Shown one piece after another: positions 28,856-38,850 of a DNA stretch of 64,000 nucleotides (within the stretch, counting starts at the first letter, position 1; each line of letters starts with the position of its first letter). This DNA is from a virus (Duplodnaviria > Caudoviricetes): positions 45,178 to 109,177 of IMG/VR virus record IMGVR_UViG_3300027759_003844; one strand, written 5' to 3'. The position numbers were made by a program, and so were the translations under genes. Under the pieces are notes generated by a model that saw only the letters and a program-made list of their open reading frames with translations, searched no databases and was not told where the DNA came from.

Positions 28856-30133
28856 TTATCCTCCGAATACTATTGCCATTGCTATGGCTTTTCCTGTTGA
28901 TGCTTTTTCATTAATCTGTGTCTGAATGGCGCTTGTGACACCATCTAAATAACCAATCTCTGTTGATGTAACATTAGCAATTGATGTTGTCGCTGGAAGG
29001 ACAATTGTTCCTGTGAATGTAGCATTTGCAAGAGTAGCTTTAAGATCCAACGCTGTCTGTGTAGCATTTGAAATTGGTTTTCCAAGGTCTGTTGTGTTAT
29101 CAACGCTTCCAAGACCAACCATTGTTTTTGTAATACCCCCAACAGTTCCTGTAAATGTTGGTGAAGCAAGGGGCGCTTTTAGACCAATGCTAGTTGTAAG
29201 CGTTGTAGACAGAGCGGCATCATTCCCAAGAGCAGTAGCAATTTCTCCAAGAGTATCTAATGTTGCACCAGCACTATTTACAAGTGCTGCAACTTCTGCA
29301 CGAACAAATGCTGTAGTAGCAACTTGAGTTGTGTTAGTTGCTTGTGTTGCCGTAGGAGCAGTTGGTGTTCCTGTGAGCGCTGGAGAAGCCAACAAAGCGT
29401 AACCAGAAGCATTCACCCACGCTGTACCGTTCCACTTAAGTAAATCACCGTTAGCGGCAGAAGTAATTGTTACATCCGCAACATCATCAAGAGCATCAAT
29501 TACCGTAGATGCAAGACCAGTTGACACTGCGTCAGTAACAAATGCTGTAGTAGCAATCTGTGTTGTATTGGTATTTGCTGAAGCTGTTGGAGCAGATGGA
29601 GTCCCAGTGAATGTTGGCGAAGCAATATTTGCCTTCAGGTTGTCTGCCGTAGTAACAAATGCTGTAGTAGCAATTTGTGTAGTGCTTGTGCTTGCATTCG
29701 CTGTTGGTGCTGCTGGAACTCCAGTAAATGTTGGTGAAGCAATTCTTGCTATTGCAGAAGATAGTCGTGCATCTGGTAAAGTCCCAGAAATTAATGCACT
29801 TGCATCTGTTGTTGCCGCAGCATCTGACCCATCAGCGCCATCAGCGCCAGATACTTCAACCCAGAATGAATCATAATAAATAAATTGCTTGCCAGTATCT
29901 GATTCAAACCATAAATCACCAGAAGATGGGCTTGCTGGTGGTGTTGTAGCAATTGTTATACTACCGCTACCGCCTTGAGCAGATAATGCAGAACTTAGTA
30001 CAGAAATTGTATTACTAGAATTTTTGTAATACAAAATACCATCAGCATAGTTAACAGCAAGCTCCCCTACCTCAAGTGAGGTAGGGGCGCTATTCGCTGT
30101 TCCTGAATTCCTTAATTTAATTACATTAGCCAT
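28856..30133 (-). CDS. Tail fibre protein (Mtd N-terminal-like domain, SPTFTG repeats)
   Basis: APTSLEVGELAVN; repeated ASPTFTGxPxAPTA...TTQIATTAFV; LDTLGEIA; ends KAIAMAIVFGG. Confidence 0.8.
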   Translation of the reverse strand: MANVIKLRNSGTANSAPTSLEVGELAVNYADGILYYKNSSNTISVLSSALSAQGGSGSITIATTPPASPSSGDLWFESDTGKQFIYYDSFWVEVSGADGADGSDAAATTDASALISGTLPDARLSSAIARIASPTFTGVPAAPTANASTSTTQIATTAFVTTADNLKANIASPTFTGTPSAPTASANTNTTQIATTAFVTDAVSTGLASTVIDALDDVADVTITSAANGDLLKWNGTAWVNASGYALLASPALTGTPTAPTATQATNTTQVATTAFVRAEVAALVNSAGATLDTLGEIATALGNDAALSTTLTTSIGLKAPLASPTFTGTVGGITKTMVGLGSVDNTTDLGKPISNATQTALDLKATLANATFTGTIVLPATTSIANVTSTEIGYLDGVTSAIQTQINEKASTGKAIAMAIVFGG

Positions 30134-30146
30134 TCAAGCCTCTTAA

Positions 30147-32012
30147 TTAGAAAGTACCGCCATCAATTGTAGCAGTGTTCGCAGCAAGCGCTGTGAGCTG
30201 TGAGCTAAAGGCTTGGACATCCGTGCCGATTGCAAGACCTAACGCAGTTCTTGCATTACCAGCAGTTGTTGAACCAGTACCACCGTAAGCGATACCGATA
30301 GCAGTGCCTTGCCATACACCAGTGCCAATTGTTCCTACAGATGTAAGACTTGAAGTAATGACACTTGAAGCAAGTGTTGTATTTGAAAGCACTGACGACC
30401 CGCCAATGTAAAATGACTTACCAGCAAGAATATTAAAATGCTCTGATGATGTCCAAGCATCTGTTGCGTCAACCCAGTTAAGTGTCTTATCTGTTGCACC
30501 CTTAATTGTAAATCCAGCACCATCTGCTGTTATGTCAGTTGGTGACGCAACATTGGCAAGAACAACATTCTTATCTTCAACAACAAGTGTTGCTGTATTA
30601 AGAGTTGTCGTATTACCCTGGACTGTCAAATCTCCAGAAACAGTAAGGTTGTTTGAAATAGTAACATTAGCTGGAAGACTAAGTGTTACCGCACCGACAC
30701 CAGAGTTTGACACTGCAATTTCATTAGCAGTTCCCGTCAGACCCGTTACAAGGTTTGTTGCTCTATCACTAATTTGTGAGGCAGTGATTGAAATTGTTGA
30801 GTTAGCAGCAGCTGTCAAACGACCCTGCGCATCAACTGTAAATGTTCCAACAGTACCTGCGCCTCCATAACCACCAGCAGTAACGGCAGTATTGTCAAGA
30901 TCAAGTGTGACCTTATCTGTTGCACCACCAGCAGTTGCTGTGAGACCAGTACCGCCAGAGATTGTTAGTGTATCTCCCGCAGTAATTGTCTGGCTAGTTC
31001 CAGTATCGCCAGCAAGAGTAAATGATTGAGCAGCTACTGAGTAGTTAACTTTTGTATTAGCATCATCATATGTAACTGTAATTCCAGACTGTGAGCCATT
31101 AGTTACCAATGTGCCATAAGCATCTTGTGCGGCTTCTGCAAAATCAGAAACTGCGCTTGATGCAATTGAAATTGATGTAGATACTGCATTGGTCAAACGA
31201 CCCTGAGCATCAACAGTGAATGTTCCAACAGAGGATGCATTTCCATATGTAGCAGCTGTAACAGCTGTATTGGCAAGATTTAAAGTGACAGCACCAGATG
31301 TTCCACCACCAGACAATCCAGTTCCAGCGGTTACTGATTCAATATCACCAGCATCGTTGGTAAAGCTAATTACACCAGTTGAAGTGTTATAGGCAAGATC
31401 TCCAGAAACACTAATTGATGCTCTTGTATTTGCTGTAAAATCACTAACTTGTGAAGACAAGATAGAAATTGTATTGCTAGCTGCTCCTGTCAAACGACCT
31501 TGAGCGTCAACAGTGAACGCACCAACAGTAGATGCATTACCATATGTACCAGCAATAACAGCTGTATTATCAAGATTGATTGTTAATGTATCAGTTGCGC
31601 TCGCAACAGATGAAAGACCAGTTCCACCAGAAATAGTAAGTGTATCACTTAAGCTAACTGTTTGGTTTGAGCCGCTATCTCCAGCAACTGTAATTGATCC
31701 AGAAACTGCGCTAACAGCCTGATCAACATAAAGCTTAGTTGCAGCATGTGTATTTGATGTTGGGGTAGGAACAATTACTGTACCAGTAAATGTCTTGTTA
31801 CCAGAAATTGTTTGTGCACCCGTCAGTGTGGTGAATGCACCAAGACCACCGATTGCTTCAACAGTAGTTGCAGTTCCACCTGCACCACCAGTTCCCTTAC
31901 CGTAGTAAAGAATATTATCTACTTCGTTAAATGCTAATTCTGCATTCTCCAAACTTGTAGGTGCACCAGTATTGCCAGTTGCCCTTCTTTTAATTCTCAA
32001 TGTATTTGCCAT
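30147..32012 (-). CDS. Tail fibre protein (Mtd N-terminal-like domain, FTVDAQGRLT repeats)
   Basis: IKRR...APTSLENAELAFNE; three NTAV...YG...FTVDAQGRLT repeats; ends DGGTF. Confidence 0.8.
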   Translation of the reverse strand: MANTLRIKRRATGNTGAPTSLENAELAFNEVDNILYYGKGTGGAGGTATTVEAIGGLGAFTTLTGAQTISGNKTFTGTVIVPTPTSNTHAATKLYVDQAVSAVSGSITVAGDSGSNQTVSLSDTLTISGGTGLSSVASATDTLTINLDNTAVIAGTYGNASTVGAFTVDAQGRLTGAASNTISILSSQVSDFTANTRASISVSGDLAYNTSTGVISFTNDAGDIESVTAGTGLSGGGTSGAVTLNLANTAVTAATYGNASSVGTFTVDAQGRLTNAVSTSISIASSAVSDFAEAAQDAYGTLVTNGSQSGITVTYDDANTKVNYSVAAQSFTLAGDTGTSQTITAGDTLTISGGTGLTATAGGATDKVTLDLDNTAVTAGGYGGAGTVGTFTVDAQGRLTAAANSTISITASQISDRATNLVTGLTGTANEIAVSNSGVGAVTLSLPANVTISNNLTVSGDLTVQGNTTTLNTATLVVEDKNVVLANVASPTDITADGAGFTIKGATDKTLNWVDATDAWTSSEHFNILAGKSFYIGGSSVLSNTTLASSVITSSLTSVGTIGTGVWQGTAIGIAYGGTGSTTAGNARTALGLAIGTDVQAFSSQLTALAANTATIDGGTF

Positions 32013-32311
32013 TAGTAGTTTCCTCCATCCATTAATAACGATGCTGCACTATGAACATGATCTGCCCTTGCTGCTAGCACACTTACACCTATAACCCCAG
32101 TCCGAGCAATGTCGGCAGGAGTAGTATCTGCAAAAGATAAACTTGCTAAGTTTATTGTTGCTGGTGCTGATGTGAGCACCGTAGTATCGTTTGTTTGTAC
32201 CGTTATCGCTGTAATTTCAGATGCAACAGTAATATTAGAAATATCCGAGGTAATAGAAAGTGAGGTTATATCACCACTACTAACCTGAACGGTTGTAGTC
32301 TCTGCTGGCAT
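32012..32311 (-). CDS. Small virion protein
   Basis: AARADHVH fibre motif; ends DGGNY. Confidence 0.6.
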   Translation of the reverse strand: MPAETTTVQVSSGDITSLSITSDISNITVASEITAITVQTNDTTVLTSAPATINLASLSFADTTPADIARTGVIGVSVLAARADHVHSAASLLMDGGNY

Positions 32312-32643
32312 TATCTACTCACCTCTCCAACAACTATGCAAGACCCAGTAATTAGTGTTGTAATAGTAGCGCCATTAGTTTCTTGAAAATCATAAACATA
32401 AGTTCCAGCTGCTATATTGGCAGTAGATGCTGCTGACAAAGAAAGCACAACAATACCATTTGCGGCATTAGTAAGAGTTGATGTAAAAGTAGCAGCAATT
32501 GTGTCAGAATTTCTTTTCTTTCTAACTTGACCAGTATAAGTTCTACTTGTAATGTTCACATTTGCATTAGCGCTATCTTTTATACGCAATTCATGCGTAT
32601 AAGTATCGCCCTGGTAAATACTAATATCTCTAGTTGCAGCCAT
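32311..32643 (-). CDS. BppU-like/Ig-like virion adaptor
   Basis: IYQGDTY...GQVRK...YVYD pattern. Confidence 0.65.
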   Translation of the reverse strand: MAATRDISIYQGDTYTHELRIKDSANANVNITSRTYTGQVRKKRNSDTIAATFTSTLTNAANGIVVLSLSAASTANIAAGTYVYDFQETNGATITTLITGSCIVVGEVSR

Positions 32644-32674
32644 AATACCTCTCTAAGATTTTATCTTAAATTGG

Positions 32675-33514
32675 TTATGCTAGCAACGCAGCCCAAGTTG
32701 GTTGATCAACTTCACCCGTCACTGGAACACCTTTTGCTTTTTGAAATTGCTTTACAATTTCTTGTGTTTTAGGTCCAAAATCACCATCTTCTTTGCAAGG
32801 GAAACCTTTTTCATTTAATAAAGATTGAGCCTTTCTAACCGCTTGACCTTTATTATCTTTGATAATGACAGGCTGTGAAGCAGCGGCAGTAACATTTGGT
32901 TTTGGTTCAGCAACTTTTGCTTCAGCAGCAGCTTTCTGTTCCGCTACAGTTCCAAACATCCCGACTGGTTTTGGATTGCGAGCAACATACTCTTGTACAG
33001 CAGCAGTTGGGTTATCCCCAGATACATAACGAATGTGCCAAGGTTCCTCTGGAACAACTTCCCAACTCCACCCGAATTTTTCAACATTAGCAATTAACCA
33101 ATTAATTCTTTTCTTTTCGGAGGCATTAGCAATATCCACAGCCAACCCGAGATTATGTTGCGACTTACCTGGTGTCGCTAGCATCGCCATACCTTTCTTC
33201 AAATACCAAGTTTTACCTTCAAAAGTTTTTGTTGAACCAGTACCTGTATTTTCAAGACTGTAGCGACTTAAAAATCCAGCCTTTTGGCTGTCATAACTGC
33301 GATATAAATCACCGCTGCTCGTGGGCTTAAGCTCTACGCCAGCAGCTTTTGCAGCCTCAACCATTGCATTCCAAGCATCAGCTGCAAGATAAAATAACTT
33401 TCCACCTGACGGAATGTCCCGCAACAAACTTGGGTGTAACTTACCTGGCTCTACATTTCTTAATGCGGCAGGCATCTTAACGGGAACGATATAATCCCAT
33501 TCAACTTTAGCCAT
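32675..33514 (-). CDS. Endolysin: M15 (VanY-like) peptidase + peptidoglycan-binding domain
   Basis: YRSY, SQHNLGLAVD and EPWH motifs; C-terminal DGDFGPKT...FQ...TGEVD-x2-TW. Confidence 0.9.
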   Translation of the reverse strand: MAKVEWDYIVPVKMPAALRNVEPGKLHPSLLRDIPSGGKLFYLAADAWNAMVEAAKAAGVELKPTSSGDLYRSYDSQKAGFLSRYSLENTGTGSTKTFEGKTWYLKKGMAMLATPGKSQHNLGLAVDIANASEKKRINWLIANVEKFGWSWEVVPEEPWHIRYVSGDNPTAAVQEYVARNPKPVGMFGTVAEQKAAAEAKVAEPKPNVTAAASQPVIIKDNKGQAVRKAQSLLNEKGFPCKEDGDFGPKTQEIVKQFQKAKGVPVTGEVDQPTWAALLA

Positions 33515-33753
33515 TACTTATCTCCTCCAACTTTCCTGTTAAACACAGCATCAATTTCATCTAAACTAAGTTTACCATCATCTAAGAAAGCTCGTGAGAG
33601 TCCTTCTACTACAACAGCAACCCCAGCAATGCCCGCCATAAAACAGGCTTTCCATAAAGGTATATCGGCTATAGCGCCAGCTCCAATAACACCGAGAGCT
33701 GACGCAGAAAAAGTAGCCAATATTCTAAAAAGAATATTCTGTATTTGTTTCAC
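33514..33753 (-). CDS. Putative holin
   Basis: Two hydrophobic segments, DDGKL tail, adjacent to endolysin. Confidence 0.6.
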   Translation of the reverse strand: MKQIQNILFRILATFSASALGVIGAGAIADIPLWKACFMAGIAGVAVVVEGLSRAFLDDGKLSLDEIDAVFNRKVGGDK

Positions 33754-33781
33754 TTAAAACTCCTAAATTATTTTGGTTGTA

Positions 33782-33979
33782 TTACTTAGAACGACCAAAA
33801 GCAGCATCGTTTGGATTCAACCAACGCATGATTACAGGTGCAAGAGCAGCAACTCCAGCAGTACCAATAGCTTTCAAATCATGATTACCTGTCATGTAAA
33901 CTGCCAGCGCAGCTCCGATGAAAGATCTTGACCAAGACGCAAGCATCCTCTTATTATTCTCATTCAACAAAGTAGACAA
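33782..33979 (-). CDS. Putative holin
   Basis: SWSRSF...RWLNPND-x2-FG small membrane protein; TTG start after AAGGAGG. Confidence 0.6.
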   Translation of the reverse strand: MSTLLNENNKRMLASWSRSFIGAALAVYMTGNHDLKAIGTAGVAALAPVIMRWLNPNDAAFGRSK

Positions 33980-34031
33980 AAGACCACCTCCTTGCCCCAA
34001 CGGGCGATACTACATTATATCGTAACTATTA

Positions 34032-34199
34032 TTATTCATCATCCTTCTTGATCATTTGACCAACAAGGTGAATTACAGCTGCAATTACTGTTATTTTAAT
34101 TGCAGAATTAAGAGTTGGACCAGACAGAGTAATAAATACCATAAAAGATCCAGCTAAAGTCCATGTTAAATCATGCATTTCTTTTAACAATTTTTTCAT
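34032..34199 (-). CDS. Small membrane protein (55 aa)
   Basis: Manual translation MKKLLKEMHDLTWTLAGSFMVFITLSGPTLNSAIKITVIAAVIHLVGQMIKKDDE; ATGA overlap with upstream gene and GGAGGAG SD. Confidence 0.7.
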   Translation of the reverse strand: MKKLLKEMHDLTWTLAGSFMVFITLSGPTLNSAIKITVIAAVIHLVGQMIKKDDE

Positions 34200-36355
34200 T
34201 TTATTCTCCTCCGAGGCTGACCCTTACGCCTCTTAATTTTAGATGATTTTTCATTATCTGGCATACCGCCTCCACCAGCAGGGGAGCCTCCACTTCCACC
34301 CGATGATCCGCCAGATAGTGGTGCAGCGCCAGCAGCAGTTGTAAGTGTTGTAGTAATTGCGGCTACAGCAACAAATGTTCTTCTTACCCCAACATTAATT
34401 TCTGAATCAGTCGGGACATAAATATCAAACACACCTTCAAATATATTAAGTTCTTCTTCAAATGCCTCTTTCACTTCCGTAGAAGCGTCTACAAGAGCTA
34501 GTGAAATTGCAAGACCATCTTCTGCTGTAACTTCAGAGACTACAATCACATCAAAGACTTCAGTTGCTTGCGATCCATCAATGCTTTCAAGAACTTTAGG
34601 GCTTGTTGCTAATTCAGTTGCTTGATCAGCAGAAACACCACCATCTTGATTGATAACTAAATCAACTACTTGTGAAACTTGATCCGAACTAATTGTATCT
34701 GATTCCAAAACATTAACTACCGCAGCAAATGCTTCTTGCGTGAGAGGCTGTTCAAGTACAGCCGTAAAAGTTGAAGTCAACACCTCATCAGATACTTCCT
34801 CGTCAAAGATAGCCGTAATAACCGCTGTGAGTTCTTCAGTGGATACAGGTTGTGAAAGTACATCTTCAGCAAGAGAAATCGTTTCTGCATCAGATAAGTC
34901 CCCGTCAAAAGCCGCAGTAAATACTGCTGTCAATTCTGCTGATGAAAGGTCAGAATTTAATAAGTTTTCAACAATTGCACCCATCTCTTCTACACTTGCT
35001 TCTGCACTAAAGACGGTATCCATTACAATTGTAAGTTCTTCACCCGAAAGATTAGAACTCAGCAAACTGACAAGGACTTCAGACACCTGCTCTGTATCAG
35101 ATGTATCGGCAAGTACGGCATCCATCACCGCAGTAAACTGTTCCGTTGAAAGGTCAGCACTTAAAATATTGTCAAGTGCAGCCGTTATTTCTTCTGTTGA
35201 AGCGTCAGATGTAAAAGTATTATCAAGAATATTATTCAGTTCATTATTAGATATCTGCTCCCCAGGAAGAGGGATTGTTACATCTGGCTCTAAATTTGGC
35301 TCTAAATTTGGTACAAACGGTAGCGTTTCATCTGGACCAATAGCAGTGTTTGGATCAGGCAGGATGGTGTTCGGATCAACTTCTTCTGGAATTGAGCTTG
35401 TGGTTTCAGCGGGTATTTCTATAATAACTGGTTCTGGATCTGGAATTACATCTGGGCTGGGTTGTGGAAACACCTCTGTAGGAGCCTCTGGGAGCACTTC
35501 TGGTGTATTTATAACCTCAACTGTGGTTGTCGGAGCCTCTGGTGTAATTATAACAACTTCAGTGGTTGTAGTTGATATTGGAATATCTATTGTGGTCGTA
35601 ACCGATACTGTAGTGTTGGGAGAAATAGTGGTAGTTGTTGTTGTGGTAGTTGGAACAGTTGTTGTAGTCGTAGTAGAGGTAGTCGTAGTAGTGCTGGTAG
35701 TAGTAGTAGTAGTTGTTTCTGGAATAGTCGTAGTTGTACTTGTTGTACTTGTTGTTGTAGTTGTACTTGTTGTAGTTGTACTTGTTGTAGTAGTTGTACT
35801 TGTTGTAGTTGTACTTGTTGTAGTTGTGGTGCTAGTCGTACTTGTAGTAGAAGTTGTTGTAGTAGATTCAACAATACCATTCCATAAAGATAAACCGCTA
35901 ATTGTAAGATGACCAGGTTGGCAGCAAGAGTCAGTAGAGTACTGCCTAAAAGTGAACACATCACCCTCATTGACGGGTATAGACTTAGTTCCTGTCGCAT
36001 TGTTTGCGTTCGTAAGCTGGATATATACACCATTTACTGCATATTGTGGTGGGTCATACCATGCGCCATCATTCGTTTGATATGCCCATGTGAAATCTAT
36101 TGTGTCCACATCCGCAGGGATTGTGGTTTCAATTTTGACCCAATGAGCCGCACCGCTACAGCCGTTATAGTCAGGTCCGTGTAGGGTAATTGCATCACCA
36201 ACTAACTCAATAGAGCCTCCGCATGCTTTTGATTGGCTGTATGTCCACTCGCCAAGCGCATCGGCTTTAGCAGAATACGGTGTTGGATAAAACCAAGCAA
36301 AAATAAGTGCGGGCAGAATTACCCAAGAACCTTTTCTAAACCTAATGTTTTTCAC
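34196..36355 (-). CDS. Exported/membrane-anchored mucin-like protein with 17-aa acidic repeats
   Basis: Signal peptide, Cys-containing globular domain, poly-Thr linker, Pro/Glu region, 17-aa repeats, hydrophobic segment, basic tail. Confidence 0.8.
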   Translation of the reverse strand: MKNIRFRKGSWVILPALIFAWFYPTPYSAKADALGEWTYSQSKACGGSIELVGDAITLHGPDYNGCSGAAHWVKIETTIPADVDTIDFTWAYQTNDGAWYDPPQYAVNGVYIQLTNANNATGTKSIPVNEGDVFTFRQYSTDSCCQPGHLTISGLSLWNGIVESTTTTSTTSTTSTTTTTSTTTTSTTTTTSTTTTSTTTTTSTTSTTTTIPETTTTTTTSTTTTTSTTTTTTVPTTTTTTTTISPNTTVSVTTTIDIPISTTTTEVVIITPEAPTTTVEVINTPEVLPEAPTEVFPQPSPDVIPDPEPVIIEIPAETTSSIPEEVDPNTILPDPNTAIGPDETLPFVPNLEPNLEPDVTIPLPGEQISNNELNNILDNTFTSDASTEEITAALDNILSADLSTEQFTAVMDAVLADTSDTEQVSEVLVSLLSSNLSGEELTIVMDTVFSAEASVEEMGAIVENLLNSDLSSAELTAVFTAAFDGDLSDAETISLAEDVLSQPVSTEELTAVITAIFDEEVSDEVLTSTFTAVLEQPLTQEAFAAVVNVLESDTISSDQVSQVVDLVINQDGGVSADQATELATSPKVLESIDGSQATEVFDVIVVSEVTAEDGLAISLALVDASTEVKEAFEEELNIFEGVFDIYVPTDSEINVGVRRTFVAVAAITTTLTTAAGAAPLSGGSSGGSGGSPAGGGGMPDNEKSSKIKRRKGQPRRRIK
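35620..35865. repeat. Low-complexity tandem repeat encoding poly-Thr/Ser linker
   Basis: Repeated GTACTTGTTGTAGTT / GTAGTT units on the plus strand. Confidence 0.9.
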
Positions 36356-36447
36356 ATATAGATTATAGTTTATATACGATTAATTAGAAAATATACTTTT
36401 AACCCTATTGATTAATAATACTATAAACGCTATTCCAAAAGGACACA

Positions 36448-36741
36448 TTAGTTAAACCACCACCAATTTTTAAGAATAGATAGAGAAGCTAAAATTACCC
36501 ACAAAATATTAAACCAGATAATAGTCGGCATTGTCTTAATAGTTGAAGTTACGATTAAAGAAAAACTTGACGCTAACGCAAACACATACAACCACCACCA
36601 CTGAACTCCAAAAAGAAGACCTGGGAATATGATTGCAATCTTGGTCATGAAAGCCCAAGCTTCAATGATGTTTACCTTAGACCAATACTCACGAGTACCC
36701 CATTTTTTTGAGATATGTACAATATCATTTAACTTCATCAT
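36448..36741 (-). CDS. Small Trp-rich membrane protein
   Basis: About three hydrophobic segments; ATGA-coupled to the halogenase. Confidence 0.7.
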   Translation of the reverse strand: MMKLNDIVHISKKWGTREYWSKVNIIEAWAFMTKIAIIFPGLLFGVQWWWLYVFALASSFSLIVTSTIKTMPTIIWFNILWVILASLSILKNWWWFN

Positions 36742-38366
36742 GGCTTGCCTCCATAATATTTATCTTTCAAGTATTCATATAAAGTAGGGCATTTTAACGC
36801 TTTCTTTTCCCAAAGCAATCTTCTAGACTCCATTAAATCAAATGTTGGCTGAAGTAGTTGGGCAACATTTTGCCCAGTAACAAATTCCCTTATTTTAAGA
36901 TAGACACGATTTGCCGTATAAAAATGCATTCCGACACCAACCCAGATTGCAGAAGTCCACCTAAGCGGATACGAATCATCTCTTTTAAATGTTTGCATAT
37001 TAAATCTAAAATTATTTATATTTTCGTTATGATCAATATCATTATGCATAGAAGTTACATGTCGCCAATATTCAGTATCATCTCTTTTACTTAGGCAATA
37101 ATGTATTTTAACAAAATCGGTAAAATCATCAAACCTTTGCGTTACTGATTTATTAAAAACATCAATATCCCATTGATTAATAAAATCATGATCTAGTATT
37201 TTCAATAATTCATATATGATTTCCTGAATTGAATACAGACCATTACTTTCTAAAGGTTCTATGAACCCAGCAGAAAGACCCACGGCAACAACATTTTTCA
37301 CCCAAATTCTTTCATGCCTTCCCGCTTTAAATGTTAAATTTCTAAATTTAAGATTATCAATATCTTCTTCAGTTCTTGCTACTTTTAATTTAAATTTTAA
37401 ATAATTTTTTAATTCATTAAGCGCATCTTCATCAGTTGTAAATTTATCACTATAGACATAACCAATCCCAAGTCTTGAGTACAAGCCTATATTCCAAACC
37501 CAACCATTATCTAATGCAACACAGCGAGTTTTGTTATTTAATTCAATATTTTTTTCTTTGTACGGTATCTGAACTGCCCACGCATGATTGTTCGGCAAAA
37601 AAGATTCATATGATATATATTTTTCTTTTAATGTTTGTTCAAGCAGTAGGCTTAAAAACCCAGTGCAGTCTATATATAAATCAGCTTTAATTTTAGATTT
37701 ATTTTCTAAAATCAAACTCTCAATTCCATAATCATCAGTTGGTATCTCAACAACCTTGGATAAAATATGGGTGATGCCTCTTGGTATACAATAGTTATTT
37801 TTCAACCATTGACCAAATTTTACTGCATCAAAATGCAAAGATGTATCTCTTATTGAGTTAAAATTTGGGAATAGATTATCTTCATTATCTGTAAATCTAT
37901 TATGCTTAACCAATAAAGCTTGTGGGTAATGAGATTCTGCAAACTCCGTAATAGGGGTTTCTGGATACAGTAACTTCTTAATCTGCCAATCCTGAACCCC
38001 GTCTTGATTCAAGTCATACAGACCTTGACCAAATGGATATATAAAATCATTTAAATCATCTTTACGATAAAACTCGGAAAACTCCACCGCAATTTTTATA
38101 GATGCATCCGTATAAGCAAAAAAATCAGATCTATCAATTTCAAGAAGTTCAAAAAAGTAATTGATCCGATCAAATGTACTTTCTCCAACACCAATAATTG
38201 GGTCATCTGGACTTTCAATCAATGTAATATTTTTATCTGGAAAAAACTTAACCAGGGCGGCAGCTGTCATCCACCCAGCAGAACCACCGCCGACTATTGC
38301 AATTGAATCAACTTTCATAACACCTCTTTTAAATTGGTATAAGCCCTGTATTCCCAAACGGGACAT
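36738..38366 (-). CDS. Flavin-dependent tryptophan halogenase family protein
   Basis: GGGSAGW FAD motif, GVGEST, Lys in ASIK, YIDCTGF, GWVWNI (WxWxI), GFIEPLES. Confidence 0.9.
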   Translation of the reverse strand: MSRLGIQGLYQFKRGVMKVDSIAIVGGGSAGWMTAAALVKFFPDKNITLIESPDDPIIGVGESTFDRINYFFELLEIDRSDFFAYTDASIKIAVEFSEFYRKDDLNDFIYPFGQGLYDLNQDGVQDWQIKKLLYPETPITEFAESHYPQALLVKHNRFTDNEDNLFPNFNSIRDTSLHFDAVKFGQWLKNNYCIPRGITHILSKVVEIPTDDYGIESLILENKSKIKADLYIDCTGFLSLLLEQTLKEKYISYESFLPNNHAWAVQIPYKEKNIELNNKTRCVALDNGWVWNIGLYSRLGIGYVYSDKFTTDEDALNELKNYLKFKLKVARTEEDIDNLKFRNLTFKAGRHERIWVKNVVAVGLSAGFIEPLESNGLYSIQEIIYELLKILDHDFINQWDIDVFNKSVTQRFDDFTDFVKIHYCLSKRDDTEYWRHVTSMHNDIDHNENINNFRFNMQTFKRDDSYPLRWTSAIWVGVGMHFYTANRVYLKIREFVTGQNVAQLLQPTFDLMESRRLLWEKKALKCPTLYEYLKDKYYGGKP

Positions 38367-38850
38367 TTATTTGTTCGGTTATGTCGTAACCAATAGTTAT
38401 TCTATGCCCGCTGAATGGCTCAACCGCTTCTACTTTATGCATCTTATGACCTTCGCCAAAATATATTTGCCCAATTTTATTTTCAATTTCAAAATCTTCA
38501 AATATAGTTTTACTGTTTTTAGGATCTATACAGACATATCCATGCCAATCCCATAGATGGTTATGCCAGTTTAGCAGGTTATCTTTAGTTTGAAAATTCA
38601 ACCATGCCTGCATCCAAAGAGGTTGGTCGTACCCAAGATTATTCCGTACAATTGTTTTAATTTCATTAAACAGTTTATACATTAACAAATCTGTGGATGT
38701 AATAGAAAATACATTATAGATGGGATATGCTTTTGTTGTATCTTCTGCACCGAATTTCTTTTTAATAAAAGACTTGCCTGTGGTCAATAAATCAATATAG
38801 TGTTGTTGATTTTCAACTATTGTCGGAGATATTACTATTTCTTTTATCAT
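38329..38850 (-). CDS. Putative 2OG-Fe(II) oxygenase-like protein
   Basis: AWLN...WHNH...HKV...RITIGYD double-stranded beta-helix pattern. Confidence 0.6.
   Translation of the reverse strand: MIKEIVISPTIVENQQHYIDLLTTGKSFIKKKFGAEDTTKAYPIYNVFSITSTDLLMYKLFNEIKTIVRNNLGYDQPLWMQAWLNFQTKDNLLNWHNHLWDWHGYVCIDPKNSKTIFEDFEIENKIGQIYFGEGHKMHKVEAVEPFSGHRITIGYDITEQINVPFGNTGLIPI

Noticed and set aside
28856-32012. Mtd-like fibres with internal DNA repeats as a diversity-generating retroelement
   Set aside because: No reverse transcriptase in the window and no template/variable repeat pair with adenine-specific differences seen; repeats are protein-level fibre units
35620-35865. Tandem repeats as a possible CRISPR array
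   Set aside because: No unique spacers; in-frame low-complexity coding repeat
34740-35912. 390-aa plus-strand Val-rich ORF
   Set aside because: Antisense shadow of the Thr-rich 719-aa gene; poly-Val mirrors poly-Thr codons
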